A stretch of 64,000 nt of DNA from Raillietiella orientalis (Eukaryota). The stretch is taken from positions 3,534,001 to 3,598,000 of the forward strand of contig JAYWIR010000002.1 of the NCBI GenBank assembly GCA_036172245.1, read 5' to 3'. The notes under the pieces are model-generated. The model was not told where the DNA came from, did no database searches, and saw only the letters and a list, made by a program, of their open reading frames with translations. The position numbers and the translations under genes are program-made. Positions 26,594-39,690 of the stretch are shown here, in pieces (positions within the stretch are counted from its first letter, which is position 1; every line of letters starts with the position of its first letter).

Positions 26594-29500
26594 GCCCGAA
26601 GCATTCGAATTTATTGGGAAATCGAACTGGGCATGAATTGCCCCCCCGTGCGTGCGACGCCTCCCAGAGGAGTTCCCGAGGACTCATCGCTCCATGATGG
26701 ACGAAACTGCTGGCATCAGTGCTTTATTGCGGGATTGATTTGTTCCCGCAGCTCCCGAACATGCCAAGACGGACAAACCCAGCGATACCCAAGGCGACGG
26801 CGGCGCAAGGCCGGGCCGCGTTTCCGTGGAGACGGCTGCCCCATTGTTGCTGTTTGCATGCGGCTTCTTCGGTTCTGGCCCGACGCCCGCGCGTCAGGCC
26901 AGAAAGCCTTCTCTGAAAGTAAGATAGAGGGGGGGGGGGGAGAAGAGAGGCGAGCGATCACCACGGGGCCCACTGTGCGCTTCCTGGGGCGCCGCGATTC
27001 CCGCCGCCGTCCCTAGGAGGTGGAAGGAGGAGCGGCAGCTCGATGCGACGGCAGTGGGTGCTTTCCCGGACTTCCCTTCCCTTCGTTCGTTCTCGCCTCT
27101 CCTCTTCCCCCTCCCCCCCCCCCCACCTTCGCACGGGAGCTGCTCCCGGCTCCGCACCGGAGTGGATTCACGGCGGGAAACTCTTTGATTCCGTTCGGGT
27201 CACGCACCACTTCGCTTTAAGGTCACGTGAGCTGCTTTAGTGCGTCCAATTGCACTTTTTGTGGCATCCGAACAAACGGGGCCAGAGGGAGGAAGGGAGG
27301 GAAGGGGGGGGGGAGAAGGAGAGGATGCATAGGTAGAGGACAGCTCGCGGTGTTCGTGTCCCGTGTTCCTCCAGCGCGTTTTTTTTTTTTTTTTTTTTTT
27401 CCAGGCAATTTTCCGACGGTGCGCAGCGCGGCCGGTGCCGCGGAACGCTCCCCATGGAAACGGGAACGGAAGCGATCTTTGTTTCGCGCGCTGCGAGCGC
27501 AACAGTGAGACACGTGCCAGTGACAAATTGCACAGCCGAATCTGTTTTTTCCCGCTCGAGTCCTGGTCTCGAACTGGCGAGGCTCACGTGGAGCATCCAT
27601 CCACGGGGGAAGAGGAAGAGGCGGGGGCGTGTACCCGCGCGCGCTCGCGCTCAAGCGGAGGACTTCGAGGCGGGGCTCCGTGCCCGGTCGCGAAAGGGGC
27701 AGCGGCCGAGCCGCTCTTTTTCGTGTTTCGTCGTCGTCAAGCGGAGCGGTCCGCGCCGCGTCCACACGTGTGCGATCGGCAGCGACGGCGCTCGGGACCA
27801 TCCACTCGGTTCGGGGGGCAAAGGTCGCGCGCTCCCCCCCCCCCCCCCCCCCCAACGCCTCGCTGAAACCTCGTGGCGGTGGCGGCGGCGGTCGTGGAAC
27901 GCGCCGTTTCGGACGGTCGTCTCTCGCCTCGCACGGATGAGGGGGAAGGGAGGTCACAGGGGACCTTCCCGCTAGTGCGCTGCTGGGAGGAGTTTCAGCC
28001 CTCTCTGGCGGGGACACGCATGTCCTCCGCGCTGCGGCCCTGAACGCGAGAGCGCGCACGAGAGAGAGCCCTACGTGTCCCGGTGTCAGTCCTGGCCTCT
28101 TCCGCTCCCTCCACAAACGCGGAAGCGTGGCGAGGGTCCAGCCGAGGGAAGACCAGGCCTCATCCCGAAAGATTCCCGGGGACCCTCTGCGCGGAGCTGA
28201 GCCAACGGGTCCTCTCCCCTCCCCCCTCGTAGCGCAGTCTGCGGACGAACATCGCCGCCGCGTGGGGAAGGCGACCCTCCCTTCCCTGAGTGGCGGCGGA
28301 CCCAGAGACGGAGGCGACCGATGGGAAGAGGCTGTTGGCTGTTGCTTCCACCCTCGTTGTTGCCGTGTGACCTTCCGGAGCCGCCGCTGCCCTGCGTCTC
28401 GAACGGCTGCTCCCCTCCCTATCTCTCGCTGGTCCTTCTCGCGGCAGCCGAAGGGATAAACGGGGACGCGGGGTTTTCCGTTTCCAGGGCGTCCGGCGTG
28501 CGAGCGATCCGACCGACCGGCGGACGCGGGGCGAGGGGAGCAGTGAAAAGGCGGCCGGACGCGTCCCTGTCGCGCATACGCTCGCGGGAAAGGCGGTCGT
28601 CGCTTCCGCCGCCGATGCGACGGGAAGGAGGGTGAGGGTGCGAGATCGGGCACTGAGCACTCCAGTCGGATGAAACCTGGAAGAAGGGCGCAGGAACCCC
28701 ATTTTTCCGCCGCTTTCCGTTGGATTCCGGCCGGCGGTGAAACGCGTGGCCGCCCCGCGGCCGGGGTTGACGGCCAGCGGGGAGAACGGACGGACGGGCG
28801 CACCGCTGCGCGCACTCCCCTTTGTCCTCGTCGCTTCCGAGCGCATCCCCCTCAAGGAGCTTCCGGGAAACGGGAGGGCGGCATTCGTTCTCTTCCTGTG
28901 CCTTCGCCTCTCGGAGAGGAGGCGGGGGCGGACGGCGGCCGCCTCTCCCACAGAGGGGAGTCGCCGCGTGCGTTCCAGGAAGCGCGCGGCCGCCGCAGTG
29001 GTCCCCGGGAGTCCTCCGATCCCGGCTGCAGGGTTCGCGGGATGCACTTGCGCCCAGCAGCGAACCGCAGCAAGCCGAACCTGGGCGAGGGGAGGGAGGG
29101 AGGGAGGGGAGCGAGAAAGGAATTCCCGCGTGCGTTCGCCTCGGGTTGCGAGGACGCCGCTGGGCGTGCGAGCTGCACCACGTGGTCCCCGCGAGCGCGG
29201 CCGTCCGAACGGCGGCCGAGCGCGATCCGGGTGGGGTGGAGCGCGCGCGGTGGACGGGAGAAAAGGAGGGGGAGGGAGAGGAAGAAGAGGAGCAGGGAGC
29301 GAAAACTCCCGAGATGGTGCTGGGCTGTACTACGCGCTCTCCGCTGCCTCCCGTTATTTGCGGGTCTGCTGCGCGTCCCGAGGTCCTGCGCGCGGGCACG
29401 GGCGATTGTTCCGGGAACCACCGCTCTCCCGATCGGGGTCTCCGCACGCCCCCGCTGCGCCTCCTCCACCTCCTGCCCCCCCCCCCTCCTCCTCTCCTTT

Positions 29501-32500
29501 TCCTTTCCGCACTCTGCGATCCCCTAACGCGGGAAGATCCTTCATCCTCGTCACGTTTCACTCTCCTTTAATTTATCGACGCAAAAAGCGCAAAGTGCGT
29601 TTAATTGCGTGCGTTTAGCGCGCTCCCCGTGCCGCCATCGCAGCAGCAGCAGCGGCAGCAGCAGCAGCGCGGATCTGTAATGCGAGATGGCTCGTTAGCG
29701 ACGGTGGAGGGAGGGGGGGGGGGAATGGAGGAGGAGGGGAAGAGGGGGGGAAGATGATGAAGTTCCACAGAACAGCGCGCTGAAACGGGGCGCTGTCGCT
29801 TCCGCATCGGCAGCAGTGTCGCCACCAGGCGGCAGCAGCCAGCGGCAGCTTCGCGCACACCTCCCCTCCACCCTCGTTCCCCGGACGTCTTCCCCTCTTC
29901 GTGTGCCTGCTGCTGCTTCCAGCTGCCCCCGGGGCGGGAGTGGTTTAGCTGGGTCTCCCTCGCCGCTGCTCGGCTCCCGCCGCCGCCGCGGGTGCCGAAT
30001 TCCCTTCCCCCCTTCCCCACCGACGGCGACACTTTCGGCTCCCCCCCCCTCGTTCTCCGCTGGCGGGCGGATCGGGGGGGGGGAGCTGGACACGACGATA
30101 TGTCTCCTCGAGACTCCGCGCGCCCGAGCTGGCCCGTTTCCTCTTGCTCTCGGAGAGCTCCACGTTCCCGGAAACACAGGAAAATAAAACTCCTGGGCTT
30201 TTGGGACGCGAGTCCCGCTTCCTTCCTCCCTCCTGTCTCCTCCACTTTGCTTTTTCCTCGCGATTGTTTCCCGGATCTCCAGGGGTGGGGTCTCCCAGTT
30301 GCGCGCACCACGTGGACGCGCGCTTCTTTCCCGACGTCACACAAAGAGGGAAGCCTCCACGTCAGCAGGAATCCTTAACGAACTTTCGCCGGCAACGGAA
30401 CGCAACCGGCGATCTTCTTCAATTCTTCGCTTCCGTCCGTCTCTCTGACCTCTGACCTCTTCATTCTAAAGTCTCCGCGAGTGACCAGGTGCATCGAGAA
30501 CCGTTTGAGAAACCTGATGGCCATTTCTTTTTAATGCACGCGGCAATTCTTTTTCCCTCCGCTCCTGTTTCCCCATCCCTACTTTGAATTTCTCCGCGTC
30601 GCGCTGCCCGCGACACTCCACGGCGCGGCTTGGGGTCACTTGCCGTGACCTCGCGGGAGGAAAAACCGGTACAAAGAGAGCATTTATTTATTATTTTTTC
30701 CATTCCGCATCTGGACTTTTGTGATCGATGCAAATATCGGAGCGTTGGGGCTCCGGAGATGCCAGTCGTCCCGCGATGATGGGGAAATTTGGGGCGCGGA
30801 TGAAAGCGAAAAATTCGGCGCATTCCCTGCGCACGCAGCTTTCGCGCCGCCGCCGCTGCTGCGCGCGCAGAGAAGCGGCGCTGGCAGGCAGCCGGGCGGG
30901 TGAGGTCGGGGAGGCAGAGAAATTGCCCCTGCAGCCAGCGAGATCGGTCAATCGTCGCAGTCCCGACCGTGTGCAAATGAAGAGATAGACACGGTGCGCA
31001 CGGCATCCGTGATAAGATGCAGATGCGCACATCAGATGTTTACGTCCGCATCGCAGCCTCCGTCGCATGCTGCCGAAGCGGACGGCAGCAGTCGTTTTTC
31101 CGAGAACCATCTCCGCATCGAGCGGGCAGCTTTGCCGACGAAGAGAAGCCCTGTCCGGCACAGGCCGGGGGGCTTGCGAGAATTCCCGAGGTGGGGAAAC
31201 CCAGACGCATCTTCTGCTCCTCTGGTGCACGGTTCAGGAGTCGGGAGAGCAGGGGAGCCTTTCTTCTCTGTTTCTTCGCTTCGATTTCGATCGGCGGCAG
31301 TCAGATTGATGCAACGAGAGACTATTTGCATCTTCTGCTTCACTGACGCAGATGGAACGAAACACGGAATTGAAGATTACACACACACACACATCCACAC
31401 ACACACACACACACAAGGGAAAACGTTCATACGGAGTGGCTTCCTTTTTCTGTGAACGTAACCTTACCATGCACCTCATTACGGTTGGCTCCGTCTCTCC
31501 AGGGATGTCGGGACAGCCCTCTGTTCCGTTCGGGAAACGGCGAAATCCGGGATGAGCTGCGCTTGTGCACTTTGTAGTGGTGTGCCCGTTCGAAATACGA
31601 TCGAAGCAGCAAAGCAGCCTTCGTCAACATCCACACCAAAGAAAGAAGACTCCACCAACGCCGCGGAAATCTTCCTCCACCACACCTTCACGAGGGGAAA
31701 AAAAAAAAAAATCTGCCAATTCTCACGCAACTCTCACACACAAGAAACGTGTTTTTTTTTTTTTTTTTTTTTTTTCTATTCGGCGATGATGCCGAACAGG
31801 AGGTGACGTGATCTGCGCCGGAAGAGGCTACTGCATTGTTGAGCGCGTAACCATGGAGAGCGAAGCCGTCGAGCTCGTGAACAGCAACAGGAGCAAACGG
31901 ATGACCCGTTTTTCGAAGCTCGGGGTTCGGAAAAAAAAAAAAAAAAAAGATTGAAAAGAAATGGAATGAAATAAAAGGTATTCGAAGCGGGAAGGTGGCG
32001 CACGAGGGCGCTGACTATTTTTCTGACCTGCACCTCCGAGGGGAGACGAGGAGGAGGCGCTGGCGTTTTCCACGTGATGCCGCCGGACCCATCCGCTTCA
32101 TTATGAAACAACGGTCCCCATTAACGTGCTTATTAAGATCCAGAGCACACGAGCCAAGGGAGAGGCGTGCTGTGTGAGGAAGGGAGAGGAGGAGGAGGGA
32201 GGGAAGGAAAAAGGGAGAGAGAGAAGGGGGGGAGGGGGGCCCAGATATCCGTATCTCTTCTGTTCGTATTTGCTCAGAGCCGGGATGGCGATAAAAGCAC
32301 GATGGCTCCTCGTGATGCTCGGCGTATTCCGGGAAAGCCGCGGACGACGACAGAACTCCCCTCACCTGTTCAGCGTCGGGAACGATGGCAGCAGCGAGAA
32401 GGAAGAATGCCGCTGCCGTCGGGCTGGGGTCACCCTCCTACTCCCCCTTCTCTTCTCACTGCCTTCTTTTCCGGACGGGAGGGAGGACGAGGGGGGAAGT

Positions 32501-35500
32501 GGGGAGGGGACAGGGGGAGGGAAGAGAAGGCCGCTCGAAGCGCCGCGCAGGAAGCTAACGCGTCGTCGACGACGACCCTGCTGCTGCCGTCTCACGCGCA
32601 GGAGAGGGACGGGGGGGAGGTGTTCCACAGAGGCGGAGGCGGCGGCGATGAGGAGGGGCGAAGAGGAAGAGGAGGAGGAGGTCGGCAGCAGCTGGCCGCT
32701 TCCTCTTCCTCCCCTCCCCGGGAGGATCGACGCGGAAAAGCAGAAGTGGTGCCCTGTGCGCCTGCGCGGGAGAGGGGAAGAGAAGGACGCCCAGCGCGAA
32801 GGCTGCGCACGCGCGCTTCTCGAACGTTCCTCGTAGGCGGGCAAGCGGGCGTCGCTTGAGCGACCGCTTCGGGTGGCAGCGTCCGGCCGTCCGAAGCTGC
32901 CGCTGCCGCGCGCGCAGACGAATCGGACGTGTGCCGGGGATGAACGCGGCGGCCAATCAGGAGGCGGCGGCGAACCCGCGCGAGCGGGCGCTCCCTCAAG
33001 AGGGGAAGCGGAGCTGCGGCTGCGGGTTTCCCGGGTGGACGGACGGCGGAGGGGTTACTCCGCTCTGCCGCGCCGCGAGGGCCGCGTATCCCTCGCCTCG
33101 CCGGCCCGCGGACTTGCTCCCCGGGAGGCGGGGTGCTCCTCCCGATCCGCCGGCGACGGCGGTCCAGGAAGGAGGCAGGGAAAGAGGGACTTCCCGCTCC
33201 CTCCTCTGCCTCCCAGGCTGCGCCGAGAGGAACCGGCGGGGTCCGGAAACGCGCGGCTTCCCCCCCCCCCCGTAGGATCCCGGAGCGCTGGACGGGAGGC
33301 GCTGGCGTTTTCCTCCTTCTCCATCCCGGGGAAGGTGCGCGAAACCCGGAATCCCTCTTGGCCGCTTTTAGAGTCGCTCCCCAGTGAGGGGCACTGAAAG
33401 GGGATTGGCCCTCCCGAACCCTACGGAAGAGGATGGGTGGCAGGCTATCAAGCGGCCGTCATCGTTTCCCAGCCGCGTCCCTGATCTGCCTGGAGTCTCC
33501 CCACTTCCGGGAGAACGAGGTGCGAAAATGCCCCCCTCCCCTCCCTCCCCGCAGTCTGGAACGTGCCCTCCTGCTTCCCGGAAGGCGAGAACCCCGTTCC
33601 TACCAGGGGGGGCTCGCTTCCCTTCGTTTCCTCTCGGGCTCCTCCGAGACCGCGCGCGGATGTTCCCGGCCGCCGCCGCCTCGTCGGGCCACCCGCCCGC
33701 AGCACGGAGGACAGGTCGCCGGACGAGGGCGCCGTCGCAGCGGAGCGTGTCGTCGTCGTCGGCACAAAAGGGGGGAGCGTTCGCTCCCGGGAACAATGGC
33801 CGGGAGGACGGAGCGGCGGCGGAGGGAAGCGGCTGCTACCGGGCACACCTAGTAGAGGTGGGGAGGTCCCCGGCTGGCGGGAAGGAAAGGAGGGAGGGAA
33901 GACTGTCCGCGTGCGCGCGGGCGAGCGCGGAACGCCCGTGAAAGCGGGCGGAGAGGCAGAGGTACAAATTGGACGTCCTACTCCCTCGAGTGCTCTTTCA
34001 CGGGCTCCCGTGCAGCCATTGTCCTCCTCCTCCTGTTTTGCCCGAGTTCCTCTCCGATGACCAAGGGATAATGTTCCGAAAATGGGCGCGCGACACAATG
34101 ACGCCTTTCATGCCTCGTGTTGACCCTTCCCGGATCGCCAGTACGAGGCGGCGGCCGAGGGTGATATACGGCTTTCACGGGATGATGGCGTGTAATGAGG
34201 TGTAAGATTACAACGACCTGCTGTTGGTGTGTCCAGTTTTCCCTTCCGCTACAAACCCCAATCTCCTTTTCTCCTATTTATTTATTTATTTTTTCCTCCT
34301 CCTCCTCCTCCCCCCCGTTCCCCTCCCCCTCGCAAATGGGGATCCTAATTTATAGCCTCGGACGATTTTATGATCCCGCCCTCGCGAACACAAAGCAGAA
34401 ACTTTGGGAGAGCACGGAGCGAACAAGATCTTCATTTGGGAGCGTTTTCAGGAGACGGGACAAACAAGCATGATGTGACGACTCTTTTTTCTGGACTGAG
34501 AGCTGCTGCCTTGCAGCTCGCCCACGGGAGAGGCAAAACAAAGCAAAACAAGAGCCCGGAGTGTCCGGGACGGTTTCCAGAGTGCTTGGCAAGGACGAAA
34601 ATAGCAAACAATGAAGGCGAAGGAGGAGGAGGAAAAGCCTACGATGGAGCGTGGCGCTCATTCTCCAACGGAAATGCTTTCTCAAGCGTTTCGGGAGCGA
34701 TGAAGCGCACTGTTGCATCACTGCGCATTGTTGCTCCTTCTCCACGGCAACGGACTGAACTCGCTGGAATCGCGGGCGCTTCGAGTTTCCTCGAGAACGC
34801 TGAAGTCATTTATTTTATTTTGTTCTCGGCATCAAGACCTCTCGAACATCTGCTCTTGTCCAGAACTTGTCTTGTCCAATCCCTGCATGCGTATCCTTGC
34901 ATTAAGGAGGCCTCCTGCGTGAGCATTCAGCCCAGGTAGGCAGGTTTTCCCAAAGGAAAGTGAAAGCACACCCAAGGATTCAAGCTGCCACCACGATCTT
35001 TTTTTCTTATGAGTGTCCACCCACACCCACCCACCCCTTTTTTTTTGTGTGGACTCTCCCCATCTTTCGATTCTGGACGGAAGCAGGCGAAAGAGTTTCC
35101 AAAGCAAAGATGAATATGCACAGTAAGAATCACCACAGTACCGAGGTATCTCTCGAAGGCGTTCCAGGCAAGACTTCGAAAAGAAAAAGACGGGAGGGTC
35201 ACGTATCTTGTAAGTAAGGGAATTTCTCCGATGCGGAATTTCGAGGGGTAGAGGCCAATTTGCTCCTCTTGATGGCGAAGGGCCGGTGGAAAAGATGCCG
35301 AGCGGGCGGGCGGGCGGGTTGAGGACTAATGTCCTCGTCCCAGGGGTCTGACAAGCCGGTCGAGAAACCGACCGTGGTGCATTTCAGGAATTGTCCTCGA
35401 CACCTTCGCCATCGATTGCTCCTGCTCCTCTTTGCCTGCAGGCATTTACCTTCCGATGACGGCCTGCATCCGGTTTGATGAGACGCAGGTCGGCAGCGGG

Positions 35501-37797
35501 GTCAGAGAGGACAGTATATGAAGACAGTCCGAGAATCCAATCCTACACCGGAGAAGCTGTGCTCTAGGCGGGCTCCTCGAGGTGCTGATGGAAGACCATC
35601 GAACTCTACGGTCACCAGGCAATAAATCTTGGTGCTCCGCAGAGGCGTTTAGAAACCACAATATCCAGCATCTCTGGATCGTCGGAATTTCTCCTTACCC
35701 TCCTACCTCGACCCCCCCTCCTCCCTTCCCCCACAATGACCAAAAGCTCCTGCACCCTGAAACGCAGCCGCTCAGTGCCACGGTTGTGGACGCTCGCGAG
35801 ATCCAGTCAGCGCGATCCGGTGCCCGGTGAGCTGCTGGATCCCAGACCTACTTGGCGAGAACTCATGGCTTAGGGAAGGGAGAAACCGACCTTATGCACC
35901 GTCTTGGGATCGAGAGAGCAGGGATAAACTGTCGGGAACATCCGCAGCTATCCTCGGGACTGCCTTCCGCGGCTTCTCCTGGTGGCCTGGAGGTCCCTGC
36001 AGGCGCTAATCCGAGGAACCACTTATGATAAAAGGATGCGAGATTATGACATCCCTGCACACATGCATTGATCTCTTCCCAACAATCGATCGGTCTCCGG
36101 AATGGGCGGGTGCCCATAACAGGAACGATAAATATGCATGAAGATGCCAATGGATCAGGAAAGATGCGTCTCCCGAAATCCCTGCCCTGCCCACAGGATC
36201 ACGTCAGTCATCCCGGGCGAGCAGCGGATCCTGATGGTCGCTCGCTCGGTGGTAATTAATTGAACATCGCGATTGTTCCTTGTTGTCATTTGATCCGGGG
36301 AAACACGAACGGAGAGGGAAGGAGGAAATACATCTTGCCTGTCGAATCGAAGGAGGGACGGCGGGGGAGGGGAAGTGGGGGAAATTCCCCTCTTCCCCCT
36401 CCCTACCGCTCTCGCGCGAGCAGCGGGCGTCCTCCCTGTACCTGGACTTCGCGAGACCTGGTCTCGGAGACGCGGGGGCCGGATGGCTTCCTTCCGCGGC
36501 GAGAGGCGAACCGAGAAAATGCCGGCAGGCGCTGAGGGGAAGGGACAGGAGCAGAGGAGCTCCTACTGCCCCTCTTTCCCCCTTCCTTTCCGAGAAGCTC
36601 TTGAAAGACCTTCGCCGAACTGGCCCAAAGCATGGGTGCACTTCACGAGGCGACGACGACGTCGATCGGCTTCTTTGCGTACGTTCGCACGCTCCTCCCC
36701 CTCCTCCGATTGCTGAACAGCCGGAGGGAGGGCGGAAAGGACCCTCCCGCTGTTGCGGCTTCGCTTCGTGCGCTGGCGGCAGCTTGTCGGCCGATGGCGG
36801 GCGGCAAAGCCGGTCGGGAGGGAAGGCCGGAACGCCCTCGCGATGGTCCCCGCTGGAGGGAGATCGGCGCGACGGCGGCAGGCGAGCGGAGGGACAGGAC
36901 CGGAAAAAAATGTCCCTCCATGGCGATGAGGAGAGAGTCGACCGTCGGCTCGCGCCTTCTGGGGGCTCCAGGACGGTTCCCGAACGGGAGGAAGGAGAAG
37001 CGTCGCCGCTCACCGTGTTCTCTGGCTGCTCCTGGGAGGACGGACGCCGCGCGCCACCTACGCTCAGCGCCCGCGGGGAGGAAGGAGGAAGGGACTCTAT
37101 CTGCGGGGAGAAATGGGGAGTCTCGGAGAACCTTCCCGTCGTCGCCTCCCGGAGATCTGAGGAAGGCGGGGTTAGGCATTTCTCTCGTTCCAGGGACGAT
37201 CTCCGGGAGTACCCGCCACCCCGTTCGTGTGCTCGTTGCGGTGCCAATCCCCGGAGCGGAAGCAGAAGAGCGAAGGGTTCGCCTTCCTCCTGCATCCGCT
37301 TCCTCTGGATCCATGGTCCTCTCACTCGCTCGTGGGAGGGAGGGGCTGGGCCGGGCCACACGTAGGGGCGCGCCGTCGTTCTCGGAAGATGGGAGGGAGG
37401 CAGGGATTCTTTACCCGAGGAGAGAGCTGGGGCAACGGAAGAGGGAAAGCTGCCTTCCTTCCTGCCTTGTCTTGAGCTTCAGCTGCGCGCGGCGCCGCCT
37501 CTGAGGGGGCGAGGACGCTGCCTCCCGGAAAACATCGATCGATCGACCTCTCCCCCCCAAGGCGTGCTTCGACCTCGGCCCACGCGCGGTGCCAGGTGAT
37601 CCACGCCGACACCCCCTACCGATCTCTGCCGGGGAGCGGGAAGGGGGGATGACGCGCTACAGCAGTGTCCAAGGCTGCTGACCACTGCTGATGGATCGCC
37701 CTCCAGTGACCCGCGAGGAGACGCGCGTCGACCCTTCCTCCTCGTCCCCCGCCAGGCACACCGCCACCTCGTTGTGCCGCGGAGTGCGTCGCTCCTT

Positions 37798-37921
<124 letters not shown>

Positions 37922-38894
37922 AGAGAGGAAGGACTGGGGGGACCGATTCCGATGATTAGGTGAGGACGGTGCCCCTCCTTGCCGTGAGGGAAGACGAAGG
38001 TGATGGGGAAGGCACGTCGCGCCCTTGCCTGAGATTCCTCGCCCCTCCTTACCACGGCGAAGGGACGTCCCTGCTAATGATCGCGATGGATTAGTGGGAG
38101 GGAAGGATAAAGGGGCACCTCGGGAAAGCAGGGAAAGTCCTATCTGCAGAGTGCTTCCTCGACTAGCCTTCTTCGCTGTCGGGCAACGTACTGACTGCCA
38201 CGGTTTCAACCAGAACAGACTCCCCCCCCATTGTTTTTTTTTTTTTCTTCTCTCCGCCGATCGTCTCTGGGCGGGCGCACCACCACCACCGAGAGGAACG
38301 CAATACCCTTCTCTCCTTCACTCCATCTCCTCCTTCTCGTGTTGCCGTAAAGATTTCCCGCGGCACTCAGGAAAGACCTCCAGCACCACTTTGTGCAAAC
38401 GGGCGGCGCAAGAGCCAGCTGCCTCTTCCCAAAGATGCATTCCGGAGCGGGGAATCATCTGCACTAGTCGTTGCGGTGGATCAGCCAATCGTTGAGCGGA
38501 CACCGCTGCGTCTGGTGGCCTCTTCGTTTCTCGCCCGCTGAAAGAGGCGCGACCACGGCGGCAACCTCCCGCGCCTGCGGATGTTCCCAAATTCCGCCGA
38601 CTTCCCGATGTCACGGGGCAGCTCTCGAGCGATGCTTCAGCTGCCCATAGGCCACGGTCACTCTTGAAAAAGTGGCACGATTCGATAGGGCTCTTCCCAT
38701 CCGCAGAGTTGCCCCAGTCGGGACGACTCGTTCGTTGCCATCCACCGTGTCTCGCCAAGCGGAGACGGTGCGACGGACGCAGTGCCCTTCCTCCTTTTAT
38801 CTCCCTCTCCCACCTTCCCCCCCTCCACGTTCCCTCCATCTGCAGTCTCTCCTGCGAGCCTCCCCGACGACAGCAGAACGGTCCGGATGCATTC

Positions 38895-38927
38895 CCCGCC
38901 CGCGCGCGCCTGACGCGCGCGGGCGGG
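38895..38927. repeat. All-GC inverted repeat, 14-bp arms, 5-nt loop
   Basis: CCCGCCCGCGCGCG-cctga-CGCGCGCGGGCGGG. Confidence 0.9.
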
Positions 38928-39525
38928 CAGACGGCGGTCCACGTGTTGCATCATCGCAACTCCATCAAAGCGTCTTGCAAGTTAACAAGAGAGTTGAGAG
39001 GATGGGAGAAGGAACGTGCACAAAAAATGGAGCGAGGAGAACACGGGGAGGGGGGAAGAGGAGGGGAGGAGAGAACAATTCTGGTAAGCTGGAGCGGGAA
39101 AAGAGGACACGAGGGTGCCTCTTTCGCAGGCCTGGTGCAAACTCTTTGCCTTCCTGGAGCACACAAGCTACACGTCTTGGGTTGCCTCATTTGTCCCCAA
39201 GGAAGACGGGACTTTTATTATCATCATTTTTTTCTCATCACATCCTTCATCACGTGTTGCTGATTTTCCAGACTGCCTTTGTTCTTCCCAGATTCGACTG
39301 GATGCCGAGGATTTGTCCTTTCAGAAATTCCCGGTTTGCTTGTTCTTACCATACGGTAGAAAACCATGGTGGAAAACCAAGTCTTTACCATCTTCCTTGT
39401 CTCTATTTTCTCATGCGAATGGAAAATGCTGCACCCACAAGCTGACTTAGCAGCTCAGGAAGGAGTGACAGATCATAGCAGCATGAAGAGTAATTGATTT
39501 GGTCATTCGTTCCTTCACGAACTGA

Positions 39526-39535
39526 TTTATTTATT
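39526..39535 (-). terminator. Candidate overlapping AATAAA polyadenylation signals for gene A (would imply about 5.1-kb 3' UTR)
   Basis: Plus strand TTTATTTATT. By eye, the first canonical minus-strand AATAAA downstream of the gene A stop. No transcript evidence. Confidence 0.25.
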
Positions 39536-39611
39536 TTGATGGAGATTCCCCAGGTTTCTCAGGCTGCTGTGAGTGCGGGCGTAGACCGTAGTCTGAGAAT
39601 CTTCATCTTCC

Positions 39612-39690
39612 TTCTGAGGTTCCTTCCTCCCTCCTGAGGCCAGTGACTTCGGCAGCGACTGGCCTCAGGAGAAAGGAGATGACCTCAGAA
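39612..39690 (-). ncRNA. 79-nt pre-miRNA-like hairpin (function unproven)
   Basis: Perfect 14-bp inner arms (39631-39644/39658-39671), 9-bp outer arms (39612-39620/39682-39690), 13-nt loop. The middle segment pairs through G-U on the minus strand. Confidence 0.3.

Noticed and set aside
27223-29618. 530-aa, 380-aa and other overlapping ORFs
   Set aside because: Same GC artefact; they translate homopolymer runs (KKKKKKK, PPPPPP).
34755-34790. LNSLESRALRV faintly resembles a LINE ORF2 C-terminal segment
   Set aside because: Too short, with no reverse-transcriptase motifs nearby.
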